Of a DNA stretch of 64,000 nucleotides, positions 32,514 to 42,748 are shown one piece after another (position 1 is the stretch's first letter; each line of letters begins with the position of its first letter). The DNA is taken from positions 2,304,001 to 2,368,000 of the forward strand of contig OZ219790.1 in NCBI GenBank assembly GCA_964291215.2, read 5' to 3'. Origin of the DNA: Alphaproteobacteria bacterium (lineage in GTDB: Bacteria > Pseudomonadota > Alphaproteobacteria > MPNO01 > UBA830). The position numbers were made by a program, and so were the translations under genes. Under the pieces are notes generated by a model. The model was not told the origin of the DNA. It did not search any database and saw only the letters and a program-made list of their open reading frames with translations.

Positions 32514-34145
32514 ATGGACCGACCCGGAAACGTTCTCTGGATCATGGCCGACCAGCTGCGCTGGGACTATCTCTCCTGCTACGGCCATCCGCATCTCCAC
32601 ACACCGAACCTCGACCGTCTTGCCGAGCACGGTGTGCGGTTCACCAATGCCTATGTGCAGTCGCCATTCTGCGGCCCCTCGCGGATGTCCTCCTATACCG
32701 GGCGCTACTGCCGCTCGCACGGCGCAACGTGGAACGGCTTCCCGCTGCGCGTCGGCGAGCCGACCCTCGGCGACCATCTCCGCAGGATCGGCGTCTCTCC
32801 GGTGATCGTCGGCAAGACCCACATGGCCCCGGACACCGGAGGCATGGAATGGCTCGGCATAGACCCCGAGTCGGAGACCGGCGTCCAGCTGTCCGAATGC
32901 GGCTTCGATCCGTTCGAGCGCGACGACGGCCTGCACCCGTACGGTTCCATATACCCCGCCCCCCACTACAACGACTTTCTCCGCGAACAAGGGGTGAATG
33001 CGACGAATCCCTGGGAAGAACGCGCCAACGCGGGCGTGGCGGAGGACGGCACGCTGCGATCGGGCTGGCTCATGAAATACGCGAACCTGCCGGCCAACGT
33101 CCCCGAAGAGCTTTCGGAAACCCCCTACATGACCGGGCGCGCGATCGACTTCATGGAGCAGGCCGGCGACGCGCCCTGGCTCTGCCACCTGTCCTATATC
33201 AAGCCGCACTGGCCCTACATCGTGCCGGCACCGTACCACGCCATGTACGGGACCGAGCACATGCTGCCCGCGGTCCGGTCCGACGGGGAGCGCGAGACCG
33301 ATCATCCGGTCTTCCGCGCCTACATCGACTCCCGGATCTGCCGCAGTGTTTCCCGCAACGATGTGCGCGAACGCATCATCCCGGCCTATATGGGCCTCGT
33401 GAAGCAGATCGATGACCAGATGGGGCGGCTGCTGTCATGGATGGAGGGGCGCGGCCTGATGGAGAACACGATGATCGTGTTCACGTCCGATCACGGCGAC
33501 TATCTGGGCGACCACTGGATGGGGGAGAAGGACCTGTTCCACGACCCGTCGGTCAAGGTCCCGCTGATCGTCTACGACCCGCGACCCGAAGCCGACGCGA
33601 CCCGCGGCCAGGTGCGCGACGAACTGGTCGAATGCATCGACCTGGCGCCGACCTTCCTCAACTACTTCGGAGGCCCCGAACTGCCGCACATCATGGAAGG
33701 CCGCGCCCTCGACCCGCTCCTGCACGGGCCGGGCGCGCCCGAGGCATGGCGGCGCTACGCAATCTCCGAATATGACTACGCCACCCGTGAAGCGCGGCTG
33801 CTGATCGGGAATGCGCAGGAGGACGCCCGGCTGATCATGATCCGCGACATGCGCTGGAAGTATATTCACGCGGAAGGCTTCCGCCCCATGCTTTTCGATC
33901 TCGAGACCGACCCCGACGAGCTCGAGGATCTCGGCGCCAGCCGCGAACCGGAGCATGCGGAGGTCCGGGCAAGACTGCATGAGGCGATCTTTGCCTGGGC
34001 GCGGCGCCACCACAGCAGGATAGTGCTCGGGCCCGAGACGATAGAGAGCATGACGGGAAAGGAGCCGCCCGGCATACTGATCGGGTATTGGGACGAGGCC
34101 GAATTCGAGGCCGAATTCGGCAAGCCCTTCGCCGAACGGCCCTGA
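32514..34145 (+). CDS. Sulfatase / phosphonate-monoester hydrolase family protein
   Basis: NVLWIMADQLR, CGPSR (CxPxR formylglycine motif), GKTH, KPHWP, FTSDHGD. Confidence 0.9.
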   Translation: MDRPGNVLWIMADQLRWDYLSCYGHPHLHTPNLDRLAEHGVRFTNAYVQSPFCGPSRMSSYTGRYCRSHGATWNGFPLRVGEPTLGDHLRRIGVSPVIVGKTHMAPDTGGMEWLGIDPESETGVQLSECGFDPFERDDGLHPYGSIYPAPHYNDFLREQGVNATNPWEERANAGVAEDGTLRSGWLMKYANLPANVPEELSETPYMTGRAIDFMEQAGDAPWLCHLSYIKPHWPYIVPAPYHAMYGTEHMLPAVRSDGERETDHPVFRAYIDSRICRSVSRNDVRERIIPAYMGLVKQIDDQMGRLLSWMEGRGLMENTMIVFTSDHGDYLGDHWMGEKDLFHDPSVKVPLIVYDPRPEADATRGQVRDELVECIDLAPTFLNYFGGPELPHIMEGRALDPLLHGPGAPEAWRRYAISEYDYATREARLLIGNAQEDARLIMIRDMRWKYIHAEGFRPMLFDLETDPDELEDLGASREPEHAEVRARLHEAIFAWARRHHSRIVLGPETIESMTGKEPPGILIGYWDEAEFEAEFGKPFAERP

Positions 34146-34234
34146 CCCGGACCGCCCGGCCGCGGTTGCGTCCGGCCAAGGAAAACCTATAACTGCGGGC
34201 CTCGCAGCATCGCCTGCCCCGCCCCGGAAGTCCC

Positions 34235-35830
34235 ATGAGCGACAAGCGCGTATATCTCTATGATACGACATTGCGCGACGGTGCCCAGACCGTCGGTGTA
34301 GACTTCACCGTCGCCGACAAGGTCGCCATCGCCTGTGCGCTCGACGCGCTCGGAATAGACTATGTCGAGGGCGGCTGGCCCGGCGCCAACCCGACCGACG
34401 ACGCTTTCTTCGCCGACGCGCCGAAACTTTCCCACGCCAGGTTCGCTGCCTTCGGCATGACGCGACGACCGGGACGCTCGGTCGAGAACGACCCCGGAAT
34501 CGCCGCGCTCCTCGACGCTGCGCCTGCAGCGGTGTGCATGGTCGGCAAGACCTGGGACTACCATGTCGAGGTAGCGCTCGGCATCGATCACGACGAGAAC
34601 CGGCGGATGATCGCGGACTCGGTCGCCCACGCGGTGCGCTCGGTCGCAGAGGTGCTGTTCGACGCCGAACACTTCTTCGACGGCTACAAGGCCAACCCGG
34701 AGTTCGCGCTCGACTGCGTGACCGCGGCCCACGAGGCCGGCGCACGCTGGATCGTGCTCTGCGATACCAACGGAGGCACCCTGCCCCACGAGATCGCAGA
34801 CATCGTCGCCGCCGCGGCGCGGCGAGTGCCCAGCACCCATCTCGGCATCCACTGCCACAACGACACCGAGAACGCGGTCGCCAACTCGCTCGCCGCCGTG
34901 CACGCCGGCGCCCGCCACATCCAGGGCACGATCAACGGGCTTGGCGAGCGCTGCGGCAACGCCAACCTGACCGCGATCATCCCGAACCTGGTGCTGAAGA
35001 CGAATTTCGAGACCGGCGTGTCGCGCGACGGTCTCACCCAGCTCACGCGGGTATCGCACATGGTCGACGAACGGCTCAACCGCGAGCCCCCGCGTCAGGC
35101 CGCCTATGTCGGCCAGGCCGCCTTCGCCCACAAGGGCGGACTCCACGTATCGGCGGTCGAGAAGGATCCGGGAACCTACGAGCACATCGATCCGACGGTC
35201 GTCGGCAACCAGCGCCACATCGTCATCTCCGACCAGTCGGGTCGTTCCAACATCCTCGCCCGGTTCCGCGAGATCGGCCTCGAAATCGATCCCGACCATC
35301 CGAAGCTGTCCGGGCTTCTCGATCTGATCAAGCGGCGCGAATTTGAGGGCTACGCCTATGACGGCGCCGAGGCAAGCTTCGAGATGCTGGCGCGCCACAC
35401 CCTCGAGACGGTACCCGAGTTCTACCGGCTGCAGTCGTTCCGGGTTCTCGACGAACGCCGCTGGAACGCACGCGGCGAGCTCGTGACGATTTCCGAGGCC
35501 ACGGTCAAGGTCGATGTCGGCGACGGCCATTGCATGGCCGTCGCGGAGGGCAACGGCCCCGTCAACGCGCTCGACAACGCGCTCGGCAAGGTGCTGCTGC
35601 CCACCTATCCAGAACTCGCCGACATGCGGCTCATCGACTACAAGGTGCGCATCCTCACCCCGGCCGCCGGTACCGGCGCGGTCACGCGGGTGCTGATCGA
35701 GAGCGGCGACAACACCGGCGCACGGTGGTCCTGCGTTGGGCTCTCGACCAACATCATCGACGCATCCTACAACGCGCTGCAGGACGCGATCGCCTACAAG
35801 CTCTTCCGCGACGGGGCGCAACCGTTCTAG
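34235..35830 (+). CDS. cimA: Citramalate synthase
   Basis: YDTTLRDGAQ, EGGWPGANP, FDAEHFFDG, HCHND, AFAHKGGLHVSAV, AEGNGPVNALD, DYKVRIL. Confidence 0.93.
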   Translation: MSDKRVYLYDTTLRDGAQTVGVDFTVADKVAIACALDALGIDYVEGGWPGANPTDDAFFADAPKLSHARFAAFGMTRRPGRSVENDPGIAALLDAAPAAVCMVGKTWDYHVEVALGIDHDENRRMIADSVAHAVRSVAEVLFDAEHFFDGYKANPEFALDCVTAAHEAGARWIVLCDTNGGTLPHEIADIVAAAARRVPSTHLGIHCHNDTENAVANSLAAVHAGARHIQGTINGLGERCGNANLTAIIPNLVLKTNFETGVSRDGLTQLTRVSHMVDERLNREPPRQAAYVGQAAFAHKGGLHVSAVEKDPGTYEHIDPTVVGNQRHIVISDQSGRSNILARFREIGLEIDPDHPKLSGLLDLIKRREFEGYAYDGAEASFEMLARHTLETVPEFYRLQSFRVLDERRWNARGELVTISEATVKVDVGDGHCMAVAEGNGPVNALDNALGKVLLPTYPELADMRLIDYKVRILTPAAGTGAVTRVLIESGDNTGARWSCVGLSTNIIDASYNALQDAIAYKLFRDGAQPF

Positions 35831-35848
35831 ATCCGCGCTGGAATCCGA

Positions 35849-36601
35849 TTGATGCCAGGCGCTTCCCACCCACCTGCAATTATCCTCATAGAGCCGACGC
35901 TGGGAGAGAATATCGGCGCCGCGGCCCGCGCCATGATGAATTTCGGACTGTCCGAACTCCGCCTGGTGCGGCCGAAGGGAGACTGGCCCAACCACAAGGC
36001 TCTGAACACCGCCTCCGGGGCCGAGCGCATCCTCGAGGACGCGGCGCTGTTCGACAGCACGGAAGCGGCCGTCGCCGACCTCCACCGTCTCTACGCGACC
36101 ACCGCGCGCAGACGCGATATGGAAAAGCCCGTGCTCTCGCCGCGGCGCCTGGCGGCGGCCCTTCACGACGCCGCGGCAGAAGGGGCGCGGGCCGGCATAC
36201 TCTTCGGGCGCGAGGCGAAGGGTCTCCACAACGACGATGTCGCGATCGCGGAAGCCATCATCATGGTTCCAGTCGACCCCGCGCACAGATCGCTCAATCT
36301 CGCGCAGGCGGTGCTGCTGATTGCCTACGAGTGGTTTCACGAGATCCGGGCGGGCGTGCTGCCGGAGGCGCGGAGGCGCGGCGGAAGGCCGGCGACCCGC
36401 GGCGAGCTCGAAGGTTTCTTCGGGCATCTCGAACGCGAGCTCGACGCGTGCGGCTTCCTGTTCCCGATCGAGAAGCGGCCGCGGATGGTACGGAACATCC
36501 GCAACATCTTCTCGCGGGCGGAACTGAGCGACCAGGAAGTGCGAACGCTGCGCGGGATCGTGTCCGACCTGTCGAAGCCACGACGCGACGCTCCGGAGTA
36601 A
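35849..36601 (+). CDS. trmJ: TrmJ-family SPOUT tRNA methyltransferase
   Basis: ENIGAAARAMMNFG, LFGREAKGL, SLNLAQAV, EVRTLRG. Confidence 0.85.
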   Translation: MMPGASHPPAIILIEPTLGENIGAAARAMMNFGLSELRLVRPKGDWPNHKALNTASGAERILEDAALFDSTEAAVADLHRLYATTARRRDMEKPVLSPRRLAAALHDAAAEGARAGILFGREAKGLHNDDVAIAEAIIMVPVDPAHRSLNLAQAVLLIAYEWFHEIRAGVLPEARRRGGRPATRGELEGFFGHLERELDACGFLFPIEKRPRMVRNIRNIFSRAELSDQEVRTLRGIVSDLSKPRRDAPE

Positions 36602-36779
36602 CGCGCCAGCGGCACCGCGCGGCAGCCGCGAAACTTTTTGTCCAGGCGTTTGACAAACTGCGGCCGGAGCCTATATTTCCCGCTTCCGGAACGGACAAGC
36701 CACGTTACGGTCCGGATTCCGCGCCCTGACCGGAAGCGGTCGTCCGGAAACAGCTTCGGAAATCGAGGGAGAACGGCGC

Positions 36780-37397
36780 ATGTCGAAGCGCGTGCGGTCG
36801 AAGTACAAGATTGATCGTCGACTCGGGTGCAACCTGTGGGGGCGGCCGAAGAGTCCATGGAACATGCGCGAGTACGGTCCCGGGCAGCACGGCCAGCGGC
36901 GCCGCAGCAAGATGTCCGACTTCGGGCTCCAGCTCCAGGCCAAGCAGCGTCTCAAGGGCTATTACGGCAACATCACCGAGAAGCAGTTCCGCCGCATCTA
37001 CGAGGAGGCAGTGCGCCGCCGCGGCGACACCATTGAGCTGCTCGTCGGCCTTCTCGAGCAACGCCTCGACACGGTCGTCTACCGCCTGAAGTTCGTGCCC
37101 ACCGTGTTTGCCGCGCGGCAGTTCATCAACCACGGCCACATCCGGGTCAATGACAGACGCGTCAACATCCCGTCCTACCGGGTCAAGGAAGGCGACGTGA
37201 TCGAGGTGCGCAGGCAGTCCCGGGAAATTCCAATGGTGCTGGAATCGCCGGAGCTCGCCGAACGCGATGTCCCCGAGTATCTCGAGGTCGATCACGGCCA
37301 GATGCGCGGCCGGTTCGTCCGTACGCCGTCATTCGCGGAAGTGCCCTATCCGGTCCAGATGGAACCGAATCTGGTGATCGAATACTACTCGCGCTGA
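36780..37397 (+). CDS. rpsD: 30S ribosomal protein S4
   Basis: [49 protein letters not shown]. Confidence 0.98.
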   Translation: MSKRVRSKYKIDRRLGCNLWGRPKSPWNMREYGPGQHGQRRRSKMSDFGLQLQAKQRLKGYYGNITEKQFRRIYEEAVRRRGDTIELLVGLLEQRLDTVVYRLKFVPTVFAARQFINHGHIRVNDRRVNIPSYRVKEGDVIEVRRQSREIPMVLESPELAERDVPEYLEVDHGQMRGRFVRTPSFAEVPYPVQMEPNLVIEYYSR

Positions 37398-37584
37398 ACG
37401 GCGGCTGAACAGGGTTTTTCTCATCTCCGGCACATTGTTTGCTCTAGCAAGACATGCCGCGATCAAGTACGGTGTACAATCGTTGAAGCCGTTCCGCGCC
37501 GCGGACGGTCGAACCCAACCGTTCCGGCGCCACCGGACCCGAACAGGATTCCGACCCCGGACCGACAACAAGGGAGACAGGGAA

Positions 37585-38625
37585 ATGCGAATTTCGGAGG
37601 GTGCCGCAACGGTTCTGCGCACCGGATGCGCGGCGTTCGCTGCCGCGGCCGTGCTCGCCTCGGCGAACGCATATGCGGCCACCAAGGTCAGGCTGACGCT
37701 CGACTGGGTGCCGCAATCGACCCACGGCCCGTCCTTCATCGCCCAGTACGAGGGCTACTTCAAGGCCGAGGGACTCGACGTCAAGATCGACGCGGGCAAG
37801 GGGTCGGCGGACGCCGTCCGCAAGCTGGTTGCCGGCACCCACGATCTCGGGTGGGCGGACATCAATGCCATCATCCAGTACAACGCGAAGAACCCCGACA
37901 AGGCCATCAAGACCGTGATGATGCTCTACGAGCAGCCGCCGTTCTCGATCTGCGTCCTTGCCAAGTCCATGGTCAAGGATCCCAAGCAGCTGGCTGGCAA
38001 GACGCTTGGCGCCCCGGTCTTCGACGCCAGCTTCAAGCTGTTTCCGGCCTTCGCCAAGGCCATCGGGATCGACGCCAATGCGGTGAAGAAAAAGAACATG
38101 GACCCGCGCCTGCGCGAACCAATGCTACTCCGCGGCGAGGTCGATGCGATTTCGGGTCACATCTTCTCTACCGTGCTTGCGGTCAAGGCGGCTGGCTACA
38201 AGGAGTCCGACATCCGCTGCTTCCTCTACGGCAATCACGGCATGGAATCCTACGCCAACGGCATCGCGGTCTCGCCCAAGTTCCTCAAGGGGAATCCCGA
38301 CGCCGTGCGCGGCTTCATCCGCGCCACCTACAAGGCGGCCCGCGACACCGTCATGAAGCCGAAGCTGGCAATCGCGTCGGCGAAGAAGTTCGAGCCGCTG
38401 GTCGACGAGAAGGTCGAGGCCGACCGCCTGAGGCTCGGCATCGAGTGCTGCATCCTGACGCCCAACGTCAAGAAGAACGGCTACGGCGACGTTGACATGG
38501 CACGGCTGCAGAGGTCGATCGAGCAGGCAGCGCTGGCCTACGGGCTGAGCAATCCGCCCAAGGCCGAGGACATGTTCGACCGCTCGTTCCTTCCGCCCAA
38601 GGCCGAGCGTTTCATTCACAAGTAG
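37585..38625 (+). CDS. NMT1/THI5-like ABC transporter substrate-binding protein
   Basis: Signal peptide; LDWVPQSTHGP, GYFKAEGLDV, GKGSADA. Confidence 0.85.
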   Translation: MRISEGAATVLRTGCAAFAAAAVLASANAYAATKVRLTLDWVPQSTHGPSFIAQYEGYFKAEGLDVKIDAGKGSADAVRKLVAGTHDLGWADINAIIQYNAKNPDKAIKTVMMLYEQPPFSICVLAKSMVKDPKQLAGKTLGAPVFDASFKLFPAFAKAIGIDANAVKKKNMDPRLREPMLLRGEVDAISGHIFSTVLAVKAAGYKESDIRCFLYGNHGMESYANGIAVSPKFLKGNPDAVRGFIRATYKAARDTVMKPKLAIASAKKFEPLVDEKVEADRLRLGIECCILTPNVKKNGYGDVDMARLQRSIEQAALAYGLSNPPKAEDMFDRSFLPPKAERFIHK

Positions 38626-38666
38626 GACCGAGACCCGGGGCGCGCCCAGCGCGCTCCGGGTCGGTC
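38626..38666 (+). terminator. Intercistronic GC hairpin after the binding-protein gene
   Basis: GACCCGG-GGCGCGC-CCA-GCGCGCT-CCGGGTC inverted repeat with no U-tract; more likely an mRNA-stabilising hairpin than a terminator. Confidence 0.5.
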
Positions 38667-38670
38667 TGCC

Positions 38671-39474
38671 ATGAGTTTCATAGATATCAGCGGGATCGAC
38701 CTCGTCTACCGCAACGAGGCCGGAGATCGGGTTGAGGACGGCACCCTCGCCCTGTCGGACACGTCGCTACAGGTGGAAAAAGGCGCCTTTGTCGCTCTCG
38801 TCGGCCCCAGCGGCTGCGGCAAGTCCACCCTGCTCAAGGTCGTAGCCGGGTTGATTCGCGCCAACAAGGGCAACGTCGCCGTCGCTGGCGAAGAGGTCAC
38901 GCGGCCGCTCAAGATCGTCGGGATGGCGTTCCAGAACGCGACCCTGCTGCCGTGGCGCTCGACGCGCGACAACGTTCTCCTGCCGCTCGAGATCGTTCAA
39001 CCCCACCGCCAGCAGTTCCGGGCCGAGAAGGTCAAGTACGAGGCGCTCGCCAACGAGCTTCTCGCCACGGTGGGCCTTGAAGGATTCGGGGACCGTGCGC
39101 CGTGGCAACTCTCGGGCGGTATGCAGCAACGCGCGCAGCTCTGCCGGGCGCTCGTGCACGAACCCGACCTGTTGCTGCTCGACGAGCCGTTCGGCGCGCT
39201 CGACGCTTTCACGCGCGAGGAGCTGTGGGATGTCCTGCAGACCCTCTATCTCAAGCGCGCCTGCACGGTGATTCTCGTCACCCACGACCTCCGCGAGGCG
39301 GTTTTCCTGTCCGACATCGTCTATGTGATGAGCGCACGTCCGGGGAAGGTGATCCTTGAACGCGAAGTCGAGCTGCCACGGCCGAGAAAGCTTGACGATA
39401 TGTACGGCAGGGATGTCGTGGAACTCGTCCAGGATCTCCGCCACCACATCAACGTGGCGCGGTCGGACCAGTAG
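38671..39474 (+). CDS. ABC transporter ATP-binding protein (NitT/TauT type)
   Basis: GPSGCGKS, LSGGMQQR, LDEPFGALD, VTHD. Confidence 0.92.
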   Translation: MSFIDISGIDLVYRNEAGDRVEDGTLALSDTSLQVEKGAFVALVGPSGCGKSTLLKVVAGLIRANKGNVAVAGEEVTRPLKIVGMAFQNATLLPWRSTRDNVLLPLEIVQPHRQQFRAEKVKYEALANELLATVGLEGFGDRAPWQLSGGMQQRAQLCRALVHEPDLLLLDEPFGALDAFTREELWDVLQTLYLKRACTVILVTHDLREAVFLSDIVYVMSARPGKVILEREVELPRPRKLDDMYGRDVVELVQDLRHHINVARSDQ

Positions 39475-39482
39475 GGAGGACG

Positions 39483-40265
39483 GTGATGAGACGACTGATG
39501 TACGAGCGCGCCTCTCCGTGGATCGTCACCGTGGTGCTGCTGATCCTGTGGGAAGCGGCGGTGCATGTATTCAACGTGTCTCGGATTGAGCTTCCATCGG
39601 CCACCGAGTCGTTCTACGCGATCTACGAGTTCCGCGTGGCGCTATGGCAGAACGCACTGACGACGCTGATCGCCACCGTGATCGGCTTTGGGATCGCGGT
39701 GGTGTTCGGCGTCGCGATGGGCATCGCCATCGGGTTGTGGCGACCGGTCTATGCCGCGCTCTATCCGCTCATGGTCGCCTTCAACTCGATACCCAAGGTC
39801 GCGATCGTGCCGATCCTCATGCTCTGGTTCGGCATCGGGCTCGCCACCTCGACGCTGACAGCCTTCATCCTCTGCTTCTTCCCGATTGTCGTGAACATGG
39901 CAGTGGCGCTGGCAACCATCGAGCCCGAGCTCAAGGATGTCCTGAGGGCGCTCGGCGCCCACGAGCGCGACATCGTCCTCAAGGTCGGCATTCCACGCTC
40001 CCTGCCCTACCTCTTCGCGGCGCTCAAGATCGCGATCACGCTGGCCTTCGTCGGCGCCGTCATTGCCGAAACCGTGGCCGGCGGCAACGGCATCGGGCAC
40101 TTGATTCTGGTCGCGAGTTCCAACTTCAACACGCCGCTGATGTTCGCAGGCCTCATCGTCATCGCCGCCATGGCTATCGGCATGTATGCGATCTTCGCCG
40201 TGATGGACAAGCGCTTCACCGGCTGGGCGACGCGCGACCTCACCTACGCCGCCGCAGGCGGATAG
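39483..40265 (+). CDS. ABC transporter permease (NitT/TauT type)
   Basis: NSIPKVAIVP, FFPIVVN, PRSLPYLFAALKI, VGAVIAE. Confidence 0.9.
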   Translation: MMRRLMYERASPWIVTVVLLILWEAAVHVFNVSRIELPSATESFYAIYEFRVALWQNALTTLIATVIGFGIAVVFGVAMGIAIGLWRPVYAALYPLMVAFNSIPKVAIVPILMLWFGIGLATSTLTAFILCFFPIVVNMAVALATIEPELKDVLRALGAHERDIVLKVGIPRSLPYLFAALKIAITLAFVGAVIAETVAGGNGIGHLILVASSNFNTPLMFAGLIVIAAMAIGMYAIFAVMDKRFTGWATRDLTYAAAGG

Positions 40266-40389
40266 GCCACTGCAGGAGGGTTCTTCAGGAGACGCCCGTG
40301 ACCTCCGCCCGCACCGTCGTCGCCCCGACCGACGCCGGCTTCGCCGCGCTCCGGACATTCCGGGGCCGGTGAGTCGGAGACACCGGGAC

Positions 40390-41637
40390 ATGGCAGACAG
40401 CACGGAACTCTTCCGCTGGCCCGAAGAGGGCGTCCGTCGGGCGCCGTTCCTCGTCTATTCCGATCCCGCCGTTTACGAGGCTGAGATGTCGCGGATCTTC
40501 CGCGGACGCATCTGGCACTATCTCGGCCTCGAGATCGAGATTCCCTCGCCCGGCGACTACCGCCTCATGGACATCGGCGACACGCCCGTCATTATGCTGC
40601 GCCGGCACGACGGCGGCATCTCCGCACTGGTCAACCGCTGCGCCCACAAGGGCACTATGCTGCTCTACGAGCCATCCGGCCATGTCGACGAGCTCATGTG
40701 CATCTACCACAACTGGCTCTACGACTTCGAAGGCAATCTGAGGAACGTGCCCTTTGCCAAGGGCATCAACGGCAAGGGGGGACTTGGGCCGGAGTTCCGA
40801 CACTGTGACCACGGGCTCGATCGGCTGCGTGTAGAGACCGTGAACGGCCTCGTGTTCGGCACCTTCAGCGCCGATGTCGAGCCTCTCCGGGATTACCTCG
40901 GCGTCGAGCTCATGGACAATTTCGAACGCGTGACGTGCCGCGAGTTCAGGGTCCTCGGCTATTACAGCCAGTATTTGGATTCGAACTGGAAGCTGTATTT
41001 CGAAAACGCTTCCGACCCCTATCACGCAACGATCCTTCACGCATGGGCGACCAGGCTGAAGCTGAACCGCTTCACCATGGAAGGCGCCATCGAGATGGGG
41101 CGCAGCGGATGGAACCATCTGAGCTGGTCGCGGATGCTGACCGACAGCGGCGGCGAGATCTACAACAGCGCCGAATTCCGCTCGGGCGCCGCCGCCCTCG
41201 ACGGATTCGGCCTGCACGATCCGTCGGTAATCGAGCAATGGGACGAGCACGGCGACGGCATCACGACGGCCATACAGACCGCCTTTCCCAACTTCGTGCT
41301 GCAGCAGATTCACAACACCATTGCGACGCGGGTTCTCATCCCGCGCGGCGTTGGGGGATCCGAACTTCTGTGGACGGTGCTCGGCTATGCCGACGACGAG
41401 GACTGGCAGATCGAAATTCGCCTCAAGCAGGGCAATCTCATCGGCCCGGCCGGCTACATCTCGATGGAGGACGGAATGGTCGGAAGTCTCGTCCAGCGGG
41501 GCGTCCGAAGAGACGGAGACAAGGCCTCGGTGATGGAGCTGGACGGCGATTCCATCGAGACCATCGTCGGTTCGCGGGCCTCGGAATGCGGCGTCCGCGG
41601 ATTCTACACCGCCTACAGGGAACTCATGGAGGTATGA
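40390..41637 (+). CDS. Rieske oxygenase alpha subunit (salicylate 5-hydroxylase/anthranilate-type)
   Basis: NRCAHKG...CIYHNW, NWKLYFENASDPYHATILH, QGNLIGPAGYISMEDG. Confidence 0.9.
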   Translation: MADSTELFRWPEEGVRRAPFLVYSDPAVYEAEMSRIFRGRIWHYLGLEIEIPSPGDYRLMDIGDTPVIMLRRHDGGISALVNRCAHKGTMLLYEPSGHVDELMCIYHNWLYDFEGNLRNVPFAKGINGKGGLGPEFRHCDHGLDRLRVETVNGLVFGTFSADVEPLRDYLGVELMDNFERVTCREFRVLGYYSQYLDSNWKLYFENASDPYHATILHAWATRLKLNRFTMEGAIEMGRSGWNHLSWSRMLTDSGGEIYNSAEFRSGAAALDGFGLHDPSVIEQWDEHGDGITTAIQTAFPNFVLQQIHNTIATRVLIPRGVGGSELLWTVLGYADDEDWQIEIRLKQGNLIGPAGYISMEDGMVGSLVQRGVRRDGDKASVMELDGDSIETIVGSRASECGVRGFYTAYRELMEV

Positions 41638-42134
41638 GCGGAACCCCGCCAACCGCATTCGGCGATGCTGCACACGTGCCCCCGGAAGTGGCCGCCCTGA
41701 TGGCCGAATACGCCCATGTGATCGATGACGGCAGGTTCGAGGACTGGCCAGCCCTGTTCACGGAGAAGTGCCAATACCGGATCACCACCCGCGACAATTT
41801 CAACCGTGGGCTGCCGGCCAGCATCATCGTCTGCGACAGCCGCGGCATGCTGGAGGACCGCGTCGTTTCCATCCGCACCGCGAACGTGTTCGAGCCGCAC
41901 CGCTATCGGCATCTGGTCAGTTGCATCGGGGTCGAGGAAGCGGAACTGGACAGCTGGCGCCTGCGCTCCAACTATCTCGTGACCCGCACGATGGCGGACG
42001 GCACGATGACGGTTTTCAGCACCGGCGAATATCGCGACACGGTGGTGCGCGAAGGCCACTGTCTTCTGTTTCGGGAACGTGTTGTGATCTGCGACCACAG
42101 CGTCATCAACAATCTTGTTGCGCTGCCGCTTTGA
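41634..42134 (+). CDS. Rieske oxygenase beta subunit
   Basis: YAHVIDDGRFEDWPALF, DSRGMLEDRV, YRHLVS, GEYRD; ATGA overlap with the alpha gene. Confidence 0.88.
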   Translation: MSGTPPTAFGDAAHVPPEVAALMAEYAHVIDDGRFEDWPALFTEKCQYRITTRDNFNRGLPASIIVCDSRGMLEDRVVSIRTANVFEPHRYRHLVSCIGVEEAELDSWRLRSNYLVTRTMADGTMTVFSTGEYRDTVVREGHCLLFRERVVICDHSVINNLVALPL

Positions 42135-42460
42135 CAGCAACGCCGTGTCCGGAGCGCCGCCGACTGCGGCACCGACAACACGCAGCCCGGATCGGGCCAC
42201 ATCGATGCAAGCGGAATGTTCTCCCCGTGCAACCGCTTAGGCCTAAGTCCCCGCGATAGAAAGTGCGCACGATCTGACCAAGCGGCCGGTCAACCACGCC
42301 CGGCCGTCCGACGTCACCGAGGGCCATGTCGCCGACTGGACCGTCGCCCAGCTCCGCGAGCCGTCCCAGCGGATCGCCGACAGGATCGACGAACTGATGG
42401 GCGCGGCGGGAGGCGCGGCACCGGTCACGTCTCCGTAAGCGCCAGAACAGGCCATGCTTC

Positions 42461-42748
42461 TCAGCACTCGGGCTTGGCGGCCAACACCTCATCAAGACTC
42501 GCGGCCACCAGCACCGCCTCCGCCCAGGCCTCCAGTTCGGCGGCCAACGCGCCGCGGAGCTGCTCGTGGACCACACCCGGCACATCACCGAAGCGCAACG
42601 CCAGTTGGCGAAGAAGAAGTTCTGCCAAGGCCTCTATCCGGCCTTCCTCCCGGCCCTCACTCCGGCCCCGTTCGATTCCCTTCTCGATTCCCTTCTCGAT
42701 TCCTTCAGCTCTTCCCTGTTCGATCCAGGCTTGCGCAACCGTGCCCAT
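42461..42748 (-). CDS. Putative internally initiated small Rpn protein (RpnS-like, 95 aa)
   Basis: GGAGG-N5-ATG at 42758-42746; frame open to the stop at 42461. Confidence 0.45.
   Translation of the reverse strand: MGTVAQAWIEQGRAEGIEKGIEKGIERGRSEGREEGRIEALAELLLRQLALRFGDVPGVVHEQLRGALAAELEAWAEAVLVAASLDEVLAAKPEC

Noticed and set aside
42140-42440. Possible MarR-like regulator fragment after the oxygenase beta gene
   Set aside because: Only a vague broken motif, too weak to call
42670-42706. 12-bp tandem repeat as a CRISPR or regulatory array
   Set aside because: It encodes the usual GIEK repeats of Rpn C-termini and has no spacers. No CRISPR array was seen in the window.
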